64,000 nt of DNA, taken from positions 32,410-96,409 of the forward strand of contig MGPQ01000002.1 in assembly GCA_001797465.1 (NCBI GenBank), read 5' to 3'. The notes under the pieces are model-generated. The model had not been told where the DNA came from, ran no database searches, and was given only the letters and a program-made list of their open reading frames with translations. Both the position numbers and the translations under genes were made by a program. Origin of the DNA: Deltaproteobacteria bacterium GWB2_55_19. Its GTDB lineage: Bacteria > Desulfobacterota > GWC2-55-46. Shown here piece after piece: positions 58,995 to 64,000 of this stretch; the first letter of the stretch is position 1; each line of letters starts with the position of its first letter.

Positions 58995-60152
58995 TTACAG
59001 GTTCTTGAACTGCTTGCTCAAGGTTATGGTCTGGTACTGGTAAGAAGAGCCGATCCTCGGGCCGTAGACCTTCTCCGGCACCTCCAGCATCTTCTCGAAA
59101 TATAACTTGCAGAAGGTCTGGCCGTCGGCGATCATAAACGGGACGTCGTGGGCGCGCACTTCCAGCACCGCCTTCGTCCCCTTGACCTCGCCCTTTGCGC
59201 CGAAGCCGAAGCCGGGGTCGAAGAACCCGGCGTAGTGGGTGCGCAGTTCCCCGGAGCCCGCTTCATACGCTATCATCTCTGCCGCGTACCTGGGCGGCAC
59301 GCGTATCCGCTCTTTGGATGAGAGTATGTAGAAGTCCTCGGGCTCGAGTATGAGCGTCCCCTTGCTGTTCCTCCGGAGAGGCTCCCAGAAGTCAGGGATA
59401 TTATAATGGTTCCTCTTTGTGAGGTCAACGACGTGGCTGTTCCTCTTGGACTTGTAGCCTATTATACCGTCCGGGCCGTCTCCGCTAAGATCCACGGACA
59501 TGAAGAGCCCCTTGGAGACCTTGAGCTCGTCGGAGGTAAGGTGCGCGTCCCCGTTAAAGAGGAGCTTGGAGTCCTTGTGCAGGGCCTTGAGTTTCGAGTC
59601 CGCGAGCGCGCACTCGCCGCTTATGAGGCGGAGCTGGACGAGCGAGAGCCCCTCTTTTATCCTGATGGTAAACGACCTCGGCATCACCTCAAGATAAAGC
59701 CTGCCCTTGTAGCCCGGGGCGATATCGTCGAACCTGGCGCTCCGGTCGGTCAAGACCCTCGCGAATATGTCGAGCCTGCCGGTCGTGGACTTCGGGTTCG
59801 CCCTTCCGCGTATGCCGGGAGGGAGCGAGACCTCTTCGGCGAGCGGGATCAGGTAGACGTGGCCTTTCTCAAGGATGCCGCCTTCGGAGATGTCCGTCTC
59901 GTACATGACGAGGTCCGAGCCGTATACGTCCTGGGTGTAGAGCTTGTCCATGACGTCCCTGTTCTCGGGCAGAAAGCTCGATACGAGCCTGTATGCCTTA
60001 CTCCCGAGGCGCAAATCCAGACTTGCGGGCTGGACCTGGCAGTCCTCGATTGCGAGCGTCTTCGAGAAGACCTGTTTCTTTTGGACGGCCTTTCTTATCA
60101 TCTGGCAGCTCAAGACGCCGCACTCGTCGGCCTTTTTCATGCTCATCCTCAT
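58995..60152 (-). CDS. Long-form dCTP deaminase-like protein (DCD family)
   Basis: SLDLRLGSKAYRL motif and dUTPase-like beta-fold, about 385 aa. Confidence 0.55.
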   Translation of the reverse strand: MRMSMKKADECGVLSCQMIRKAVQKKQVFSKTLAIEDCQVQPASLDLRLGSKAYRLVSSFLPENRDVMDKLYTQDVYGSDLVMYETDISEGGILEKGHVYLIPLAEEVSLPPGIRGRANPKSTTGRLDIFARVLTDRSARFDDIAPGYKGRLYLEVMPRSFTIRIKEGLSLVQLRLISGECALADSKLKALHKDSKLLFNGDAHLTSDELKVSKGLFMSVDLSGDGPDGIIGYKSKRNSHVVDLTKRNHYNIPDFWEPLRRNSKGTLILEPEDFYILSSKERIRVPPRYAAEMIAYEAGSGELRTHYAGFFDPGFGFGAKGEVKGTKAVLEVRAHDVPFMIADGQTFCKLYFEKMLEVPEKVYGPRIGSSYQYQTITLSKQFKNL

Positions 60153-60351
60153 TCACTATTGGAAGGGGTCTGTAAAACAAAAGGTATGATACAAAAAAAG
60201 ACGGAAGAATTGAAGGTTTTTTTGAGATGCGCATACGCGGGAGGGGCGTTTACACCTTGTCAGCTCCCCGCAAAACATAAAGGGCCCTTAAAGGGCCCTT
60301 TATGTTTCAAAAAAGTAACTTGTTATTAAGACTATTAGAAATTAGATATTT

Positions 60352-60726
60352 TTAACAGGCGTGCTCCGGGATGAAGCGTAGCCCTGCCCTTGATATGCCA
60401 TAGAACTTCCTGGTCCAGACGACCTTTGCCTTTTTCCCAATTTCAAGCTCTTTTATGAATATATCGACTGTCTCGTTCTGGTCGAACGGGAGGTAACCGA
60501 GCATCTTGATCCCCATGCCGGTCTCTGAGATATCGACAGTCTTCACAGGCACCCGCACCTCGCCCTTCAATATGTCGCAGAGGTTCTGTGAGACGGACCT
60601 GTCGCCGCCTCTCCTCTCAGGCTCGCTCGCCTTCATCAGATGGCCGCAGTGCGGGCATGGCAGGTGAGACTCCCTTGCGGCGGTATAGAAGGCATTTTCA
60701 CATTTTATGCAACTTATCTTGTTCAT
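60352..60726 (-). CDS. PilZ domain protein with N-terminal zinc ribbon
   Basis: CIKC...CPHCG, then RRxxxR-like (ERRGGDR) and D-x-S-x-x-G (VDISETGMG) PilZ motifs. Confidence 0.7.
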   Translation of the reverse strand: MNKISCIKCENAFYTAARESHLPCPHCGHLMKASEPERRGGDRSVSQNLCDILKGEVRVPVKTVDISETGMGIKMLGYLPFDQNETVDIFIKELEIGKKAKVVWTRKFYGISRAGLRFIPEHAC

Positions 60727-60967
60727 CCGAAGGACCTCGTAATGGATGCGTGGCGTTTCTTTTGGTTAATATAATAGCAACAGTTGATTTATTGTCAACA
60801 CATTTGGGCCTGATAAATCGTTTTTATTGAACTATTAATCTAATTTTAATTTCGGACGTCCTGCGGAAAACTTGAACTGCTTTTTACGCGGCGTCCAAAC
60901 GGAGCCTCTTCCTTGACTTTTGGGTATTACTCTGATAATCCTTATTCTCGTGAAAGCTGATAACCTG

Positions 60968-61255
60968 ATGAGTTTAAGGAAAAAAGCCGTGCTAGGCGCG
61001 CTTGCCGTGGCCGTCATCGCCGGGGTCGTCGTCTTCGGCAAGGGGCTCCTCGACATCAGGAGGCTTAAATCCGAGCGCGACGGGATACTCGCGTCCAATA
61101 AGACGCTCGAGGGAGAGAACCGGGGCCTCGACGCCTCAATTGAGCTCCTCAAGACCGATAAAAGGTACATAGGACGCATCGCGCGGAGCGAACTCGGCAT
61201 GATAGGCAGGAACGAGGCCGTCTACAAGCTCGAGGACGCGACGCCCCGCCCCTAA
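60968..61255 (+). CDS. ftsB: Septum formation initiator FtsB/DivIC family
   Basis: Single TM (AVLGALAVAVIAGVVVF), then a coiled coil (LKSERDGILASNKTLEGENRGLDASIELLK...) and the conserved ...IARSELGM...E motif. ORF track starts at 60920. Confidence 0.65.
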   Translation: MSLRKKAVLGALAVAVIAGVVVFGKGLLDIRRLKSERDGILASNKTLEGENRGLDASIELLKTDKRYIGRIARSELGMIGRNEAVYKLEDATPRP

Positions 61256-61297
61256 GGCCCGCCGAGAGTTTCTTTCAAATCAATCTGGAAGGTATAG

Positions 61298-62131
61298 ATG
61301 GAACGGATAGTAAAAACAGCTGGGGTCCAGCTCGCCGCGACCCTTGACAGGGAAAAAAACCTCTCCAGGGCCGCCATGCTCATAGAGCTTGCGGCTGACG
61401 AGGGGGCCAGGATAATCGCGCTCCCCCAGTTATTTCACCTCCGCTGGTTCCCCCACACCATAAACCAGAAGGGTTTCGCCCTCGCCGAGACAGCCGACGG
61501 CAGGACAGTGACTTTTCTAAGGGAGCTCGCTTTAAGGAAAAAGGCGGTCATCGTGGCGCCCATATTCGAGGCGGATTCGGGCGACCACTTCAATACCGCC
61601 TTCGTCATAGGCCCTGACGGCGGGATAATCGGCAGATACAGGAAGATGCACATACCGCAACTGCCGTTATGGGAAGAGAAGGCGTATTTCAAGCCCGGAG
61701 ACCTCGGATTCCCGATCTTCAAGACGCCGTTTGCGACTATCGGGGTGCAGATATGCTGGGACATATTCTTCCCCGAGGGGTTCAGGATCCTTGCGCTTAA
61801 GGGAGCGGAGATAGTATTCGCGCCGACCGCGTCGGCCTTCTATCACTCCCACAGAAAGTGGGAGAGGGCGATAGCGTCCGCCTCCCACGCCAACGGCATC
61901 TACATCTTCAGGGTGAACAGGACCGGCAGGGAGGAGAAGCAGGAGTTCTACGGCAGGAGCTTCTGCTCCGGGCCCGACGGCGAGTTCACGGCAAAGCCGA
62001 CGGGCACGAGCGCGGGGATCGTGCTCGCCGACATAGACCTCTCCGAGATAGCCGTCAACCGCGACGAATGGGTATTCATGAAGGACAGAAGACCGGGAGA
62101 ATACAAAGAGTTGATCGGGGAAAAGCCATGA
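61298..62131 (+). CDS. Carbon-nitrogen hydrolase family protein (nitrilase/amidase superfamily)
   Basis: Catalytic triad context E...K (YRKMHIP) ...C (ICWDIFFPE); 277 aa. Confidence 0.75.
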   Translation: MERIVKTAGVQLAATLDREKNLSRAAMLIELAADEGARIIALPQLFHLRWFPHTINQKGFALAETADGRTVTFLRELALRKKAVIVAPIFEADSGDHFNTAFVIGPDGGIIGRYRKMHIPQLPLWEEKAYFKPGDLGFPIFKTPFATIGVQICWDIFFPEGFRILALKGAEIVFAPTASAFYHSHRKWERAIASASHANGIYIFRVNRTGREEKQEFYGRSFCSGPDGEFTAKPTGTSAGIVLADIDLSEIAVNRDEWVFMKDRRPGEYKELIGEKP

Positions 62132-63768
62132 GGCGCTCGGCGACAGACATGGTCCGCGCCGCGCTTCATGCGGCTGTCAAGGACGGCGTTCTCACGGCCG
62201 ACGCCCTGCCGGAGATCATAATCGAAAAGCCGAAGAAGGAGGAGTTCGGGGATTTTTCAACCAACATCGCGATGCTCCTTGCGCCGGCTGAAAAAAAGGC
62301 GCCGAGGGAAATAGCTTCTCTTATAGCCGGGAGGATAAAAACCCTCCCCGAGGTGGAAAGGTGCGAGGTCGCCGGCCCCGGCTTCATTAATATGTTCCTT
62401 AAGAGGTCCTACTGGACCGAGGTCCTCGAAGAGATAATAAGGAAGGGCGACGGGTTCGGAAAGAGCGAGACCGGGAAGGACAAGACCGTCCAGATAGAGT
62501 TCGTCTCCGCAAACCCCACGGGCCCGCTTCACATAGGCCACGGCAGGGGCGCGGCGGTCGGGGATTCGTTGTCAAGGATACTCAAGGCCGCCGGGTTCAA
62601 GGTCGTCCGGGAATATTACATAAACGACGCTGGCAGGCAGGTAAAGACGCTCGGCGAGTCCGTAAGGCTCCGGATGGAAGAGTTGCGGGGCAAGGAGATA
62701 ACCATCCCGGAAAATTTCTACAAGGGCGCTTACGTAAAGGACATCGCGCGGGAGTACCTCGAAAAATTCCCTGACGGACAGGGCCCTGACATACAGGACT
62801 ATGCCTGCTCCTCGATGCTCTCGACGATAAGGAAGGACCTCGACGACTTCGGGGTCGCTTTCGACGAGTGGTTCAGCGAAAGGTCCCTGGACGATACTGG
62901 GCTTGTAGCTTCCACGATCGACGAACTAAAAGGGCTCGGCCATGTATACGAGTCCGAAGGCGCGCTCTGGTTCAGGACGACCGCCTTCGGAGACGACAAG
63001 GACAGGGTCCTTATCAAGGCCGACGGAGAGAGAACCTACTTCGCGTCCGACATCGCCTATCACAGGGAGAAGATAAAGAAGGGGTTTTCAACGCTCGTCA
63101 ACATCTGGGGGGCCGACCACCACGGCTACGAAGGCAGGATAAGGGCGATCTTGAAGGCCTTCGGCCACGACGACGCGGTCTTGAAGATTATATTCATCCA
63201 GCTCGTCGCGCTCCTCCGCAAAGGCGTGCCTGTCGCCATGGGGAAAAGGGAGGGCGAGTTCGTGACGCTCCGGCAGGTGATGGACGAGGTCGGGACGGAC
63301 GCCTGCAGGTTCTTCTTCCTCATGAGGAGGGCGGACGCGCACCTGGACTTCGATCTCGAGCTTGCCAAGAGCCAAGCCCCTGAAAACCCGGTCTACTACG
63401 TCCAGTACACGCACGCCAGGATTTATTCGATAATAGGTTTCGCCAGGGAGAAGGGGTTGACCCTTAAGGAGCACTTCGATTCGAACCTGCTCGCGAAGCT
63501 CGACCAGAAGGAAGAGATAGCCATAATAAAACATTTGAGCGCCTTCGAGGAGACGATAGAAAAGAGCGCCCTTCACATGGAGCCGCACAAGATAACCTTT
63601 TATCTGATGGAGCTCGCGGGGCTTTTCCACCCCTACTACAACAAGACGCGCGTCGTGACAGACGACCCGGTCCTGACGGACGCGCGCCTCCTCTTCTGCA
63701 AGGCCGTTGGCACTGTCGTGGCAAACGGTCTTGGCCTCCTCGGCGTCTCGGCGCCGGTAAAGATGTAA
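62128..63768 (+). CDS. argS: Arginine--tRNA ligase
   Basis: HIGH motif (PTGPLHIGHGRG), anticodon-binding DALR C-terminus. ATG 62128 overlaps the upstream stop (ATGA). The ORF-track 5' extension to 61858 is a spurious out-of-context read-through. Confidence 0.85.
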   Translation: MRRSATDMVRAALHAAVKDGVLTADALPEIIIEKPKKEEFGDFSTNIAMLLAPAEKKAPREIASLIAGRIKTLPEVERCEVAGPGFINMFLKRSYWTEVLEEIIRKGDGFGKSETGKDKTVQIEFVSANPTGPLHIGHGRGAAVGDSLSRILKAAGFKVVREYYINDAGRQVKTLGESVRLRMEELRGKEITIPENFYKGAYVKDIAREYLEKFPDGQGPDIQDYACSSMLSTIRKDLDDFGVAFDEWFSERSLDDTGLVASTIDELKGLGHVYESEGALWFRTTAFGDDKDRVLIKADGERTYFASDIAYHREKIKKGFSTLVNIWGADHHGYEGRIRAILKAFGHDDAVLKIIFIQLVALLRKGVPVAMGKREGEFVTLRQVMDEVGTDACRFFFLMRRADAHLDFDLELAKSQAPENPVYYVQYTHARIYSIIGFAREKGLTLKEHFDSNLLAKLDQKEEIAIIKHLSAFEETIEKSALHMEPHKITFYLMELAGLFHPYYNKTRVVTDDPVLTDARLLFCKAVGTVVANGLGLLGVSAPVKM

Positions 63769-63838
63769 GGGCGTAAAGCAAATGATGTCCGACTCGTCCG
63801 TGAAATGATTGTGGGGTGGGATGATGTTTCTGAGTGAC

Positions 63839-64000
63839 TAAATATATTTGGCCCAATGCCCCTCTGAGATAATTGATAATGGGCTACCTTTTTCCTTTAG
63901 CTGAATTCCATATTCAATCTTCGTACCATATGTCGAATGCTTCCAATCTGAACTACCAAGTAAACCAATAACAATATAAGTTGTCTCCTTATTAGGAGAT
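63839..64000 (-). CDS. 3' end of an unidentified minus-strand gene in AT-rich DNA (partial, continues beyond the window)
   Basis: Open minus-strand frame ...ETTYIVIGLLGSSDWKHSTYGTKIEYGIQLKEKGSPLSIISEGHWAKYI*. GC drops sharply after 63770. Confidence 0.3.

Noticed and set aside
61858-62127. 5' extension of the argS ORF
   Set aside because: The 90-aa extension is Arg-rich junk overlapping the C-N hydrolase gene. ATG 62128 overlaps that gene's stop (ATGA) and gives a normal-length ArgS.

Overview
High-GC (~60%) chromosomal segment, probably from an anaerobic, Desulfobacterota/Geobacter-like bacterium; the lineage is inferred only from gene content. The window is dense in sensory genes: four histidine kinases, six receiver proteins, an MCP, and HD-GYP, GGDEF, PilZ and YajQ c-di-GMP components. 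The main feature is a three-gene operon at 0.4-2.1 kb whose genes are joined by start/stop overlaps (TGATG, ATGA): a Cys-rich AbrB/SpoVT-type protein, then the mercury-methylation corrinoid protein HgcA (cap-helix NVWCAAGKGTFG), then the ferredoxin HgcB (2x CxxCxxCxxxCP plus a C-terminal CC). It sits next to sigma54-type glnB-glnA. Other content: a protein-glycosylation cluster (TPR/PMT-like GT-C, methyltransferase, MT-GT2 fusion); a CusRS-like two-component system with cytochrome b561; a 3.5-kb hybrid kinase overlapping an HD-GYP regulator; a GT-C (ArnT-like) gene whose N-terminus is displaced by a probable frameshift; MscS-cNMP; DUF2249-hemerythrin, receiver and cupin genes; plsC; rnj; a block of DUF362 Fe-S protein, orphan GspE/PilB ATPase with zinc ribbons, triheme cytochrome c, LuxR and RadC that is bracketed by inverted copies of a mosaic intergenic repeat family, four loci of which lie in the window; a CheY-CheC-GGDEF module; a K+ channel; tRNA-Phe; a tandem repeat; and housekeeping genes (rsmE, prmA, yajQ, lolA, ftsK, dcd-like, ftsB, argS). 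Several short genes absent from the ORF track are supported by RBS and terminator evidence: an Ala/Pro-rich lipoprotein, a zinc-ribbon protein and a 31-aa membrane peptide. A 92-aa protein with a metallothionein-like CDCDCQVCKC cluster is also notable. All calls rest on motif recognition by eye; no database search was possible.
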